64,000 nt of DNA from Promethearchaeota archaeon (GTDB taxonomy: Archaea > Asgardarchaeota > Lokiarchaeia > Sigyniarchaeales > SOKP01), in contig JBHLNF010000001.1 in assembly GCA_048937405.1 (NCBI GenBank), forward strand, positions 624,785 to 688,784. The letters run 5' to 3'. Each line of letters starts with the position of its first letter. Within the stretch, counting starts at the first letter, position 1. The notes under the pieces are model-generated. The model was not told where the DNA came from. It was given only the letters and a program-made list of their open reading frames with translations, and did not search any database. Below are positions 41,421 to 51,831 of the stretch, piece after piece. The position numbers and the translations under genes are program-made.

Positions 41421-42755
41421 TTATTTAAAATTTGGTAAAAAGCTTTTTTGTAGTTCAAACAACTCATTAAAAATAGATTCTGCTTTTTTAAAACTTCCTA
41501 CGTTAGGATCGATTGCTAATGATGCAATTGCAATCTCCTTAGATTCTTTTAGAACAGCCTCGACGCAAAGATCTTGTATTGAAGCTTCAATACGAAGTAA
41601 TGCTGCTATATTTTTTGGTAGATTAATAGAGTTAACTCCATGCACACCGTTTTTATTGACTACCGCAGAACATTCTAAGATAAGGTCTTGAGGTAAATTC
41701 TTCACTATATTATTATTTGGGATATTTACAGCAACCTCATAAGAATTCTCATCATTTATTATTGCTTCGATTATCGGGATTGCTCTTTCTATTGAAACTT
41801 CTTCGTATAATATTCCCTTCTTAGGATATTTACCTTTTTTAAGTCTTTTATGATAATTAAGAAACTTATTATAAAAAAATTGTCCTTCTTTATCAATAAA
41901 ATCAATCCAATCAATCATATCCTGTGTCTCAGTAAATTCCTCACCAAATTGTAAGTATTCTCCTATATGGTTATCCCCTACGTATGGAAAATAACCAAAT
42001 CTCTTAAAAATTTCAAATGTTAAAGTTGAAAATTCAAATCGATCATCATGTTCTTTAAAATAGTCCATAGCAATTGAATTAAAAGATGGTAATAAATCTT
42101 TTCCAGTAGATAAATCTTCGATTCCCATTAAAAATGCAAAATGATTTAATCCAGCAACATTCATTTTTAACTCATCTATCGGTTTTTTAAATATCCTTGG
42201 TAAATGTTTTACCATAAATGAAATTTGATGACATAGTCCAATGAATTTTAGATTTTTTACACTCCTCTTAATTGCTAAACATACTCTTGACATTGGATTT
42301 GAGAAGTTAATGAAAAAAGCATTTGGACATAGTTCCTCCACATCTTTCACAATCTCAATAATAGGGGGAATTATTCTCCAAGCATGAAAAGTACCACCTG
42401 GTCCACCACATTCTCCTAAAATCTGCTTAGAACCATAATTTCTAGGTATTTCATAATCTTGGCGCCATAATTTCATTCTATCTCCTACTTCTATTGAATT
42501 AATAATGAAATCTGCCCCTCTTAGTGCTTTCTTCCTATCAGTCGTCTGTTCAAGAATGAATTTGTTTTCTCGCCTCTCATTTTCAACCATTAAGAGATCA
42601 TATACAATTTCCAACTTTTTTTTATTTATATCATGAAGAACTATTATTGAATCTTCCAAAACCTTACTTAAATAGATATCATTAAACATAGGTAAACCAA
42701 AAGAGGTCGAACCTGCTCCGATTAAAACAATTTTCCTATTCATTTTATTTTCCAA
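41421..42755 (-). CDS. GH4 NAD+-dependent glycosidase (alpha-galactosidase/glucosidase-like)
   Basis: IVLIGAGS, GPGG, NFSNP, GLCH, GLNH. Confidence 0.92.
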   Translation of the reverse strand: MENKMNRKIVLIGAGSTSFGLPMFNDIYLSKVLEDSIIVLHDINKKKLEIVYDLLMVENERRENKFILEQTTDRKKALRGADFIINSIEVGDRMKLWRQDYEIPRNYGSKQILGECGGPGGTFHAWRIIPPIIEIVKDVEELCPNAFFINFSNPMSRVCLAIKRSVKNLKFIGLCHQISFMVKHLPRIFKKPIDELKMNVAGLNHFAFLMGIEDLSTGKDLLPSFNSIAMDYFKEHDDRFEFSTLTFEIFKRFGYFPYVGDNHIGEYLQFGEEFTETQDMIDWIDFIDKEGQFFYNKFLNYHKRLKKGKYPKKGILYEEVSIERAIPIIEAIINDENSYEVAVNIPNNNIVKNLPQDLILECSAVVNKNGVHGVNSINLPKNIAALLRIEASIQDLCVEAVLKESKEIAIASLAIDPNVGSFKKAESIFNELFELQKSFLPNFK

Positions 42756-42880
42756 CCATATTAATATTAATTAACATCCTATTTTAGTTAAAAGTAAAAT
42801 TAGATTAATAAGTTTATATGAACATTATCAAAACTGTTAATTTCTTTGCATGTCAAACCAAGTGTTTAATTAATACAATA

Positions 42881-42909
42881 AATGGGAAGGGAATGGGAAG
42901 ATTTATATA
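42881..42909 (+). promoter_or_regulatory. Tandem AATGGGAAG repeat (period 11) followed by TATA box TTTATATA
   Basis: AATGGGAAG at 42881-42889 and 42892-42900; TTTATATA at 42902-42909. Confidence 0.55.
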
Positions 42910-42932
42910 GCAATTTTGACTTATTTTAAATA

Positions 42933-43145
42933 ATGAGTTTTTCACATAATACAACGGATTATTGGTGCAAGACCCAAGGTAAGGTATTACCGGTAATCCG
43001 TGGTATTAAGAGAGAATAAATCAAAACTCTTGACCTTTTTCTTATAATTTTTCCTGATTTGTTCTCTTTTATAACTACAACTCAATAAAATTTATTTGAA
43101 ATGGGTCAATAATAAAATTGATTCTCCAAGTGAAGGATTCAATAA
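42933..43145 (+). ncRNA. Candidate structured RNA (5' leader or sRNA)
   Basis: Two long hairpins with G-U pairs that form only on the + strand: 42947-42966 with 42989-43008, and 43009-43023 with 43055-43069. Several loop complementarities. Confidence 0.5.
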
Positions 43146-43164
43146 AAAATAGAGGTGAAAATTT

Positions 43165-43344
43165 TTGGAGGAAGAATCAAGGAAAACTGATCTAATATTG
43201 GATTATTATAAAGATTGGGATTCTTATAAAGCCCCAGTCATGATGTCAATTGACATCCCTAATGATTTTTCAGAAAGCCTTGAGGCAAAAGATGATAGGA
43301 GACTAAAAGCCTTGAGACTTAAAATGAAAAAAAGACTGGAGTAA
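43165..43344 (+). CDS. Unannotated 59-aa small protein
   Basis: GAGGTGA RBS, then TTG: MEEESRKTDLILDYYKDWDSYKAPVMMSIDIPNDFSESLEAKDDRRLKALRLKMKKRLE*. Confidence 0.7.
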   Translation: MEEESRKTDLILDYYKDWDSYKAPVMMSIDIPNDFSESLEAKDDRRLKALRLKMKKRLE

Positions 43345-43391
43345 AAAAGAAATAAGGATCTTTTATATTTTATTAACTTTTTTTAAATTTA

Positions 43392-44582
43392 TTAATTTAT
43401 CACACTATCTATTCGTTCTATTGCATCTTTTATTCGTTCTTCTGGTTGTGTTAGAGCCATTCTAACAAAACCCTCCCCATATTGACCAAATCCAATTCCA
43501 GGAGTGAGAACTACTCCAACTTCTATTAAAGATTTTACAAAATTCATACAGCCGCTAACACGATATTTATCAGGTATTTGGTTCCAGATGTAAAACGTTG
43601 CTTGAGGTGTATTTGTTGACCAACCAATATTATTTAATCCTTTAATTAGAGTATCTCTACGTTTTTCATATATTTTTACTGTTTTCTTAACTATTTCTGG
43701 TTTTTTTTGAGATTTATATTCATTTAATCCTTTAACTACAGCTCTCTGGATAAATGTAGGGCAGCCTGAATCAATTTGAGATTTAATCTTTCTTAACCCC
43801 TGTATAATAGCTTTATTTCCAGCAATCCACCCACATCGAAATCCTGTCATATTAAACATTTTAGATGCACTGTTAATTTCAACATGGCTTGGATCTATTT
43901 GCAAAATTGAAGGTGCAATGTAATCATCAAATGTAAATTCTGAATAAGGATTATCATGAACTATAAAAAAATCATAATCTTGAGCATAATCTACCATTTT
44001 TTTTAAGAATTCTTTCGGTGCTATTGCACCAGTAGGATTGTTAGGATAGTTCAAATACATTAATTTTGCTTTTTTAAGAATTTTAGTATCAATTATATCT
44101 AAATCAGGCAAGAAATCGTTCTCTTTCAAAAGCGGCATTGAATATGGATCTGCATCGCATAATTTTGTTGCTCCATTCTCATAAACAGGATATCCTGGAT
44201 TAGGACAGAGTACTATATCTCCGGGATTCACAAATGCTCTAGCAATATTAGCTACACCTTCTTTTCCTCCAATTATATTTGAAATCTCTTCTTTTGGATC
44301 GAAATTTATATTAAATCTAGTTTTATACCAGTTAGCAACGCCCTCTCTAAAATCTTCTTCTCCCATGCTTGAAGGATATTGATGATTCTCTGGTTTTTTA
44401 ACCTGTTTTATTAATTCATTGATAATTAAATCAGGAGTTGGAATATCAGGATCTCCTATTCCCATAGGGATAATATCAAGCCCTTTTTTTCTTTTTTCTA
44501 AAACTAATTGTTCTATCTCAACAAAAATATAGGTTGGAAGGCTTTTATATCTCTCAGAATATTCTAATTTAATTGGAAACAC
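43392..44582 (-). CDS. Class I/II PLP aminotransferase, LL-diaminopimelate aminotransferase-like
   Basis: GIGDPD, GGKEG, PGYPVY, NYPNNPTGA, DNPYSE, SASKMFNMTGFRCG. Confidence 0.88.
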   Translation of the reverse strand: MFPIKLEYSERYKSLPTYIFVEIEQLVLEKRKKGLDIIPMGIGDPDIPTPDLIINELIKQVKKPENHQYPSSMGEEDFREGVANWYKTRFNINFDPKEEISNIIGGKEGVANIARAFVNPGDIVLCPNPGYPVYENGATKLCDADPYSMPLLKENDFLPDLDIIDTKILKKAKLMYLNYPNNPTGAIAPKEFLKKMVDYAQDYDFFIVHDNPYSEFTFDDYIAPSILQIDPSHVEINSASKMFNMTGFRCGWIAGNKAIIQGLRKIKSQIDSGCPTFIQRAVVKGLNEYKSQKKPEIVKKTVKIYEKRRDTLIKGLNNIGWSTNTPQATFYIWNQIPDKYRVSGCMNFVKSLIEVGVVLTPGIGFGQYGEGFVRMALTQPEERIKDAIERIDSVIN

Positions 44583-44706
44583 CTACTTTTTAAAATTGGG
44601 ATAAGAGATGTATTAGAATAATCATAATCTAAAAAATAAAAATATTACGAAAATGGAATGTAAATTTTGTTTTAATAGAACTAAATAAAAATAAGTTATA
44701 ATTATA

Positions 44707-44904
44707 TTATATAGGATAATCTTGTCTTATCTGCAGTTCACGTTTCATGTTCTCAATTTGATATTTTATAAAATTAAAAGGTCTTGTTTTTATTTGGTGC
44801 CCAAATTTACGCAAATGCTCTTCTAAAAGATTAATTGAGAGCTCTAATTTATTTATTCTATCTTGGACTTGATTTAACATATAATTATCTCTCCTTAAAC
44901 CCAT
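44707..44904 (-). CDS. Small hypothetical helical-hairpin protein
   Basis: 65-aa ORF with heptad-like pattern; internal AGGAG before a second ATG. Confidence 0.55.
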   Translation of the reverse strand: MGLRRDNYMLNQVQDRINKLELSINLLEEHLRKFGHQIKTRPFNFIKYQIENMKRELQIRQDYPI

Positions 44905-45119
44905 AATCTTGTGTTATTCTGAGTTTAAGATTATTTACCTAAAAAATCAAAAGAGGCTTAAGATTTTATGGATTCTTACTATTAATGAATTTTTATTTGA
45001 CCATTTTTTTTTTATTAAATTCTAATTAGAAAAAGCCTTTTTACTCAATAAACCCAAATTTAGTTCTTTTTGATCGAAAATAATTAAAATCTCTTCCCTT
45101 TTTTATTATATGATCAATA

Positions 45120-46253
45120 ATGACGATAGATAATGTTGAGAATACAAATATAATAAAAAATAAGTTCTGGTATAAAGTGGCAAGAACAATTATAAAAGCA
45201 GGAGTTTTTCCTGTTCCAATCAGCGATAAATTGATAGAGTTATTACAAACTCTAATAACTGAAGAACAAGCTAAATTTATTTTAATATTTAAAAAACCTT
45301 CAATGACACTTGAGGAAATTAAAAAAAAAACTGATATAAAGGAACAAGTTATAATTGAAACGCTTAATATATTGATGCATAATGGTATAATTGTAGGAAC
45401 GAGAAGTAGAACTACTGAAGTTATGGTTTATCGTTTAATGGGGTTATATCCTGGTATTTTTGAGTATACTTTCTTACGGGGGGAGTATTCAGAAAGGGAT
45501 AAAAAAATAGCTGCATTATTCCAAAAACTTTTTGGGGAAGTAACTAAACAAACGCAAAAAAATTATGATAATTTAATAAATGTGTTCAAGGATTTGCCAC
45601 CAACTGATAGAACACTTCCAGTTGAAAAGGAAGTAGATGTTGGAACTGAAAATGTAATGCCGTTTGAGGAAATAAAAAAATATATTGAAGAATACGATGA
45701 TATCGCCTTAGCTCATTGTTATTGCCGCCATGCAAAAGAATTAGTTAACGATCCATGCAAATTGGGTGCTTCAAAAGAAAATTGTTTCCTTATTGATAAA
45801 AGTGCCAGATTTGCTATAGAGCAAGGTTTCGGAAGACCAGTTTCAAAAGAAGAAGCAATCAAAATATTAAGAGAAGCAGAAAGCGAAGGTTTAGTTCATA
45901 AAGTATTTCATGTTCATTCAGATACGAGTAGAGGAATTGAAGCTATTTGTAATTGTTGCAAGTGTTGTTGTGGGATAATAAATGCATATTATCGCGGTTC
46001 AACACCAATCCATACAATGTCTTCTTATCTAGCACGTGTTGATGAGGATTCTTGTTCAGGATGTGCAACCTGCATCAATATGTGTCCAATGGAAACAATT
46101 AAATTACTTGATACAATTGCGTTTATTAATGAAGATAAGTGTATTGGATGTGGAGTATGTGCTTATCATTGTCCTGAAGAAGCTATACACCTAGTAAGGA
46201 TTGGTCCAAGACATATTTTTATTCCTCCTAAGAAAATAGAAATAGAAAAATAG
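45120..46253 (+). CDS. Fe-S protein: N-terminal wHTH, Cys-rich middle, C-terminal 2x[4Fe-4S] ferredoxin
   Basis: HCYCRH, EGLVH, ICNCCKCCC, CSGCATCINMCP, CIGCGVCAYHCP. Confidence 0.88.
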   Translation: MTIDNVENTNIIKNKFWYKVARTIIKAGVFPVPISDKLIELLQTLITEEQAKFILIFKKPSMTLEEIKKKTDIKEQVIIETLNILMHNGIIVGTRSRTTEVMVYRLMGLYPGIFEYTFLRGEYSERDKKIAALFQKLFGEVTKQTQKNYDNLINVFKDLPPTDRTLPVEKEVDVGTENVMPFEEIKKYIEEYDDIALAHCYCRHAKELVNDPCKLGASKENCFLIDKSARFAIEQGFGRPVSKEEAIKILREAESEGLVHKVFHVHSDTSRGIEAICNCCKCCCGIINAYYRGSTPIHTMSSYLARVDEDSCSGCATCINMCPMETIKLLDTIAFINEDKCIGCGVCAYHCPEEAIHLVRIGPRHIFIPPKKIEIEK

Positions 46254-46295
46254 AATATATCTTTTGAAAATCACCTTATATTTGGAGTTTTTTTA

Positions 46296-47183
46296 TTGGT
46301 TGTTCGTAGAAAATATCATTGTAATAATGAAATTTTAGAATGGCAATGGGCATCAGACAATGAAATGATGCCTCATCCCTATTTTACATCTGTTTATTTG
46401 ATAGATGGACTTCTTATTGATTCTGGTGCTCCTGAAGGGGTAAATGATCTTCGCAAATTTGTTCAATCTCTTAATCCGAAACAATCAATTAATAAATGTT
46501 TTATCACGCATACACATGAAGATCACGCAGGAGGTGCTTATATGTTAAAAAGTGAATTTGGAATACCATTATATGCAAGTGAAAAAGCCGTACGTTTATT
46601 AAAAAAAGGAAATACTTATCCTAAATATCGTCAAATGGCATGGGGTCCAAAACTATTACCAGTTATAGCTGAAATTATTGATAAACCAATAATAACAAAA
46701 TCAGAAAAATATGAGTTTGAATTATTTCCTATGAGCGGACATGCTCCAGAATTAGTTGCCTTAATTGAAAAAAATCAGCAATGGGCTTTTGTAGCTGATG
46801 CAGTACTACCAAAATATAAAATGATATTTGGTGGAAACAGTGATATTCAAGAAGATATTTCATTAATCTATCACTCTCTTTCTAAACTATATGATTTTAC
46901 CAATGGAATGGATGAATTATTAATATTTTCCGCAGGAAATGAAGTATTAAAAGGGAGAGAAATTATTTTAAATAAATTAGAAGAAATTGATAATTTACGC
47001 ATTAAGGTTCATGAAATTAAGACTAAATTTCAAAAACAGGGATATTTTGGAAAAAAATTAATAAAAAAAATACTAAGAAGCATTTTCGGAAAGGAAAGCT
47101 TAATAGGTAAGTTTACTCAAGGTGATCTTTCACGAGAAAATCTAATTATTTCACTACTTAAATGGAAAAAAGAAATTAGATAA
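46296..47183 (+). CDS. Metallo-beta-lactamase-fold hydrolase
   Basis: LLIDSG, THTHEDHAGG, GH, AD. Confidence 0.88.
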   Translation: MVVRRKYHCNNEILEWQWASDNEMMPHPYFTSVYLIDGLLIDSGAPEGVNDLRKFVQSLNPKQSINKCFITHTHEDHAGGAYMLKSEFGIPLYASEKAVRLLKKGNTYPKYRQMAWGPKLLPVIAEIIDKPIITKSEKYEFELFPMSGHAPELVALIEKNQQWAFVADAVLPKYKMIFGGNSDIQEDISLIYHSLSKLYDFTNGMDELLIFSAGNEVLKGREIILNKLEEIDNLRIKVHEIKTKFQKQGYFGKKLIKKILRSIFGKESLIGKFTQGDLSRENLIISLLKWKKEIR

Positions 47184-47337
47184 TTTTTTATATTAACTTT
47201 CCTGGGAAATATACCAAAAATCAAAGTTTAATTGAATTTATTACAATTTAAAATGCAAAAAAGATAATAAAACACCTACACTTTGTAAATAGCGAGTAGT
47301 AATTGTATTATGACTACACTCGATAAAGACTGAAGAA

Positions 47338-48351
47338 TTATACTAGATTATTAATTATTATTTCAGAAATATCTCCAGAGTATTCAGCAGTTCTTCTTAT
47401 ACTTTCAATAATATATCCTATCGCCATTGATATTTGTACATTTCCATTTGTATTAAGGCCTATTTTTTCAGTGATTGAGATTAAATTTTTTATATCTTCA
47501 ATATTTTCATTTGCTAAACTAATACTTTTTTGAAGCCAAGCATCTAAGCTTTTATTCAATAAATTAAGAGATAATTTACTTACTTCTTTTAGTTCTTCCT
47601 TTAAATCATCATCAATTTTATGTTTTAAAAGAACCAAAACATTTTTAGCTATCTTTGAGGCATGATCCCCAATTCTTTCGAGGAATCTACTCATTTGTTG
47701 ATAATGACTCGCTTGTTCTAAAGTAATCCCCATCTTTTGGCAAAGAATTATGTCTCTCAATACAATATGAGATTGACGACCAATTAACCAATGTAGTCTG
47801 TCAACATCATTGTCTCTTTTAATGACTTCTTCAGCTAATTCACTTTTTCCGTTATCTAGAGCATTTATCGAATCCTCATGCATACCTTGTACAAGTATAT
47901 ACATCCTTTTTATCGTTTTTTCAAAAGGCATTTCTTTAGGATTAAGTAAATCTTTAATCACTATGTAATTATTAGATTCTTCAACAATTTCTGGACCTAT
48001 CGCAATTTGAGTAAAATTTGTAATAGTATCTCTTAGTAAAGGGTCAAATTTCTTACTCGATTTAATAATAATTCTGGAAAAACCCATTATATAAGCGCCT
48101 ATTAAAACTCGAAATAAAAAATTTTCATCATTATAATCATCGACAATTATTTCTTTTGTCTTGATTCCTTTTTCATTATCAATCTTAGGAGTTATCAACA
48201 AATTACCGTCCGGTTGTGAAAGGATTCCTAATGTATCATTTTTTTCTACACCATGCTTATCAATCCAAACCTTCGGCAAACTTATTATGTAAGAGCTTCC
48301 TCCAGTTTTTTGCACTTTTCTTGTTTCAATATGAAATCCCATTGATATCAC
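47338..48351 (-). CDS. AbrB-PhoU phosphate uptake regulator
   Basis: RKVQKTGGSSYIISLPKVW, DNDVDR, ERIGDHA. Confidence 0.93.
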   Translation of the reverse strand: MISMGFHIETRKVQKTGGSSYIISLPKVWIDKHGVEKNDTLGILSQPDGNLLITPKIDNEKGIKTKEIIVDDYNDENFLFRVLIGAYIMGFSRIIIKSSKKFDPLLRDTITNFTQIAIGPEIVEESNNYIVIKDLLNPKEMPFEKTIKRMYILVQGMHEDSINALDNGKSELAEEVIKRDNDVDRLHWLIGRQSHIVLRDIILCQKMGITLEQASHYQQMSRFLERIGDHASKIAKNVLVLLKHKIDDDLKEELKEVSKLSLNLLNKSLDAWLQKSISLANENIEDIKNLISITEKIGLNTNGNVQISMAIGYIIESIRRTAEYSGDISEIIINNLV

Positions 48352-48365
48352 TATGATTTATTTTA

Positions 48366-48650
48366 TCTATATAGAATAAAAAATTTCATTATTAACTCAA
48401 TTTGGTTATATAGAATAAATAATTGAATTATTTTATACTTAAACTATATAATATATATATTTTCTATATTCTATATATATAACAATACTACATTAGTTAA
48501 AAAATTTTACAATAGAGGATAATTATTTCAATATCCTCCCTATAGTATTTTATCTTTATTAAAAGACAATAATGATTATTAACCTGACAATAATATTTAA
48601 TTGCCTTTATAATGATAAATAAAATCTATCTCTATAGAATATATAGAGTA
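48366..48650. promoter_or_regulatory. Cluster of CTATATAG-like elements in the divergent regulator/pstS promoter (candidate PHO box)
   Basis: TCTATATAGA at 48366-48375; TATATAGAATAAA at 48368 and 48407; variants near 48444, 48462-48478 and 48631-48648. Confidence 0.55.
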
Positions 48651-48747
48651 AATAACTCAACATATACTATATCGAGATTCCTTATATTGAATAGGCAAAT
48701 CCTCTACCTAACAAAATTTTAACAAAAACTTAAGTTTCATAATATAA

Positions 48748-49869
48748 GTGTTTATAATGCGAGAACGAACAATAATATACGTTTTAGGTATTGCCTTAGT
48801 TGGAACGATTATCGGATTTGGTGTTGGAATGTTTGTTCTAACTTCACCAGAGACACCAATTAGACTTAGTGGAGCAGGTGCTACTTTCCCAGCGCCATTA
48901 TATCAAAAATGGTCTGAAGAATTTGATACTCTCACAGGAATTCAAGTGGATTATGAGGGCATTGGTAGTGGTGGAGGGATTCAGCAACATACTGCAAAAA
49001 CAGTAGATTTTGGTGCTTCAGATCCTCCAATGAAGACATCTGAATGGACAGCTGCGTCGAATACTTTACAATTACCCATGACAATAGGAGGAATTTTAGT
49101 TGCTTATAATCTTCCAGGAATAACAGAACCTCTTAAGTTAACTGGAGATATAATCGCCCAAATATTTGCAACTAGTATAACTACATGGGACGATGCCAGC
49201 TTGAAAGCTTTAAATCCTGGAGTTATTTTACCAACTCATTCAATAACTGTTGTTCACAGATCAGATTCAAGTGGATCTACAGCTGTATTTACCAGCTTTT
49301 TATCCGATGAGAGCACAATGTGGAATTCTACATATGGGGCTTCTAAAACCATTGATTGGGATCCTGATACTTTGGGTCAAAAAGGAAATTCTGGTATTGC
49401 GGCATATCTTCAAGGTAATGAATATTCACTGGGTTATATTGAATTAGCATACGCGATTGAAAGTGGTCTTGATTATGCTTTAGTTCAAAATAGAGGTGGA
49501 ATTTATTCATTAGCTAATACTACATCAATAGCACAAGCCGCAGCTTATGCTTCTCTTTCTTTACCTGCTGGTAATGAAAATTGGGAACCTGTTGGAAGCT
49601 ATTTTAAAACTGGTCCAGGATGTGGAGATGCTTATCCTATTTCTTCATTCTCTTATATGCTAGTTTATAAGGAACTGAATGTAATTCCCGGTATGACATT
49701 AAAAAAAGCAAAGGCTTTAACAAATTGGTTATGGTGGTGTACTCATCAAGCTCAATCCTACGCGGAAGGATTACACTATGTTGAAATTCCTGCTCCGGTA
49801 ATAGCGATAAATGAAGTGAGTTTACGTTCTATAACATATGATGGGGAAATCGTAAATACATGGACATAA
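48748..49869 (+). CDS. pstS: Phosphate ABC transporter substrate-binding protein
   Basis: GAGATFPAPLY, GSGGG, DFGASD, HRSDSSGST, YPI. Confidence 0.96.
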   Translation: MFIMRERTIIYVLGIALVGTIIGFGVGMFVLTSPETPIRLSGAGATFPAPLYQKWSEEFDTLTGIQVDYEGIGSGGGIQQHTAKTVDFGASDPPMKTSEWTAASNTLQLPMTIGGILVAYNLPGITEPLKLTGDIIAQIFATSITTWDDASLKALNPGVILPTHSITVVHRSDSSGSTAVFTSFLSDESTMWNSTYGASKTIDWDPDTLGQKGNSGIAAYLQGNEYSLGYIELAYAIESGLDYALVQNRGGIYSLANTTSIAQAAAYASLSLPAGNENWEPVGSYFKTGPGCGDAYPISSFSYMLVYKELNVIPGMTLKKAKALTNWLWWCTHQAQSYAEGLHYVEIPAPVIAINEVSLRSITYDGEIVNTWT

Positions 49870-49958
49870 TATTAAATTACTAATTTAACAATATTTTTTT
49901 TTAAATTTTATTTTGAAAATTAAAAGATATAATTATAATTTAATGGTATTAACACCCA

Positions 49959-50969
49959 ATGAACGAACAATTATCCATAATTCCTAAAAATAATCAAAAA
50001 AATAAAAAAAAAAAATTCATTTTAGAAAGAAAAATTGGTATAGATTCAATTTTTAAATCATTTTTAGGGATCATATCTTTTTTAATATTTATAATAATTG
50101 GATTAATGATTCTAATTCTATTTTTGAGTTCTTATCTTTCAATCAAAACTTATGGATTTGAATTTCTTTGGGGAACTGAGTGGAACCCAACTCCAGCAGA
50201 TCCTAATACTCCCCCTGTATTTGGAATTTTACCTCCGATATTAGGAACACTAGTTACTTCTTTAATTGCAATTCTTATAAGTTTTCCTATAAGCATAGGG
50301 ATAGCATTAACTCTCTCTGAATTCACTTCAAAAAGATTTAACTTTTGGGTTTCATTTCTAGTAGAACTATTAGCAGCTATACCAAGTGTAATTTATGGAC
50401 TTTGGGGTATATTTACTCTTATACCATTTTTAAATCAAAATGTATATCCTGTCATTCAAAATACATTTGGTTTTCTCCCTTTTTTTCGAGGTGCAACTCA
50501 TGGATATAACGTTTTAACGGGTGGAATTATCCTAGCAATTATGATAATTCCTACTATCACTGCTATTTCTCGAGATATATTTGCGGCAGTTCCAACAAGT
50601 CAAAAAGAAGCGATTATAGCATTAGGTGCAACAAAATGGGAATCAACAAAAATTATTAGGAAATATGGACGATCAGGCGTGATAGGAGCGGTAATATTAG
50701 GACTTGGTAGAGCAATAGGAGAAACAATGGCTGTAACAATGGTTATTGGAAACTCATTTAATCTAATTAACTCTTTATTTGATCCTACTTACACTTTAGC
50801 ATCATTAGTAGCTAATGAATTTACGGAGGCTAGTTCTCCGAAAGTTTATCTTTCAGCTTTAATTGAGGTAGGATTTGTATTATTAATACTGGCTTTAATT
50901 GTTAATATTGCTGCAAGATTAATAATACGATATTCTATAAGGAAATTCAAAGGAGTGGAGACGTTTTAA
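49959..50969 (+). CDS. pstC: Phosphate ABC permease
   Basis: ELLAAIPSVIYGLWG, ALGATKWE, GRAIGETMAVTMVIGN. Confidence 0.96.
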   Translation: MNEQLSIIPKNNQKNKKKKFILERKIGIDSIFKSFLGIISFLIFIIIGLMILILFLSSYLSIKTYGFEFLWGTEWNPTPADPNTPPVFGILPPILGTLVTSLIAILISFPISIGIALTLSEFTSKRFNFWVSFLVELLAAIPSVIYGLWGIFTLIPFLNQNVYPVIQNTFGFLPFFRGATHGYNVLTGGIILAIMIIPTITAISRDIFAAVPTSQKEAIIALGATKWESTKIIRKYGRSGVIGAVILGLGRAIGETMAVTMVIGNSFNLINSLFDPTYTLASLVANEFTEASSPKVYLSALIEVGFVLLILALIVNIAARLIIRYSIRKFKGVETF

Positions 50970-50970
50970 A

Positions 50971-51819
50971 ATGGCTTTTTCAGAAGAAAAAAGGTTTAAA
51001 ATCAGAAAATTCAAGAATTATTTAATGATATCACTCTGTTTTTTAGCTCTAATTCTTGGTTTAATACCTTTAATTAGTATTTTATATGAAGTTATTATAA
51101 ATGGAATTGGTCAAATGAGTATTGGTTTTTTAACTCAAGAAATCTCACCATTAGGACAGGCAGGAGGAGGAATTGGCCCTGCTATTCAAGGAACATTAAT
51201 AGTAATTTTGCTAGCATGTTTATTTGGAATACCTATTGGTATTTTTTCTGGAATTTTTTTAGCAGAATATCCCTATAGTAAAATTAGTTTTGCTGCTGGT
51301 TTTTTAAATGATGTCTTATCTAACATGCCTTCAATTGTTATCGGTATTTTTACTTGGATATTGATTGTAAGTCTTACAGGATGGTCAGTTTTAGCAGGTG
51401 GTTTTGCTTTAGGGATAATGATGATTCCTTTAATAACACGAGCAACAGAAGAATCTATTAAAATAGTACCTTCTACGATTCGAGAAGCTGCTCTAGCGTT
51501 AGGAATCGCTCAATGGAAGACAACCTTAACTATAACTGTTCCAACAGCAAAAAAAGGGATAGTTACGGGGATATTACTTGCAATTGCTAGAGTTGCTGGA
51601 GAAACAGCTCCTTTGTTGTTAACTATACTTGGAAGTAGATTCTTTTTCGCTAATTTTTTTGAACCAACAGCAGCGCTTCCCTTAACAATTTTTAACTCAT
51701 CACAATCTCCATTCGTGAGTATAGATTGGCCAAAAGCATGGGGTGCGTCGCTATTTTTAATATTTATGGTTCTTTTACTAAATATCATGGTTAGATTTTT
51801 GACAAGAGAAAAATATTAG
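50971..51819 (+). CDS. pstA: Phosphate ABC permease
   Basis: PSIVIG, REAALALG, ARVAGETAPL. Confidence 0.96.
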   Translation: MAFSEEKRFKIRKFKNYLMISLCFLALILGLIPLISILYEVIINGIGQMSIGFLTQEISPLGQAGGGIGPAIQGTLIVILLACLFGIPIGIFSGIFLAEYPYSKISFAAGFLNDVLSNMPSIVIGIFTWILIVSLTGWSVLAGGFALGIMMIPLITRATEESIKIVPSTIREAALALGIAQWKTTLTITVPTAKKGIVTGILLAIARVAGETAPLLLTILGSRFFFANFFEPTAALPLTIFNSSQSPFVSIDWPKAWGASLFLIFMVLLLNIMVRFLTREKY

Positions 51820-51831
51820 ATGTGATGAATT

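Noticed and set aside
42947-43080. Hairpins as SECIS, SRP RNA, tRNA or H/ACA guide
   Set aside because: No AUGA/GA quartet or nearby UGA-recoded gene, no SRP helix-8 motif, no cloverleaf and no clear pseudouridylation pockets. Kept as an unclassified RNA candidate.
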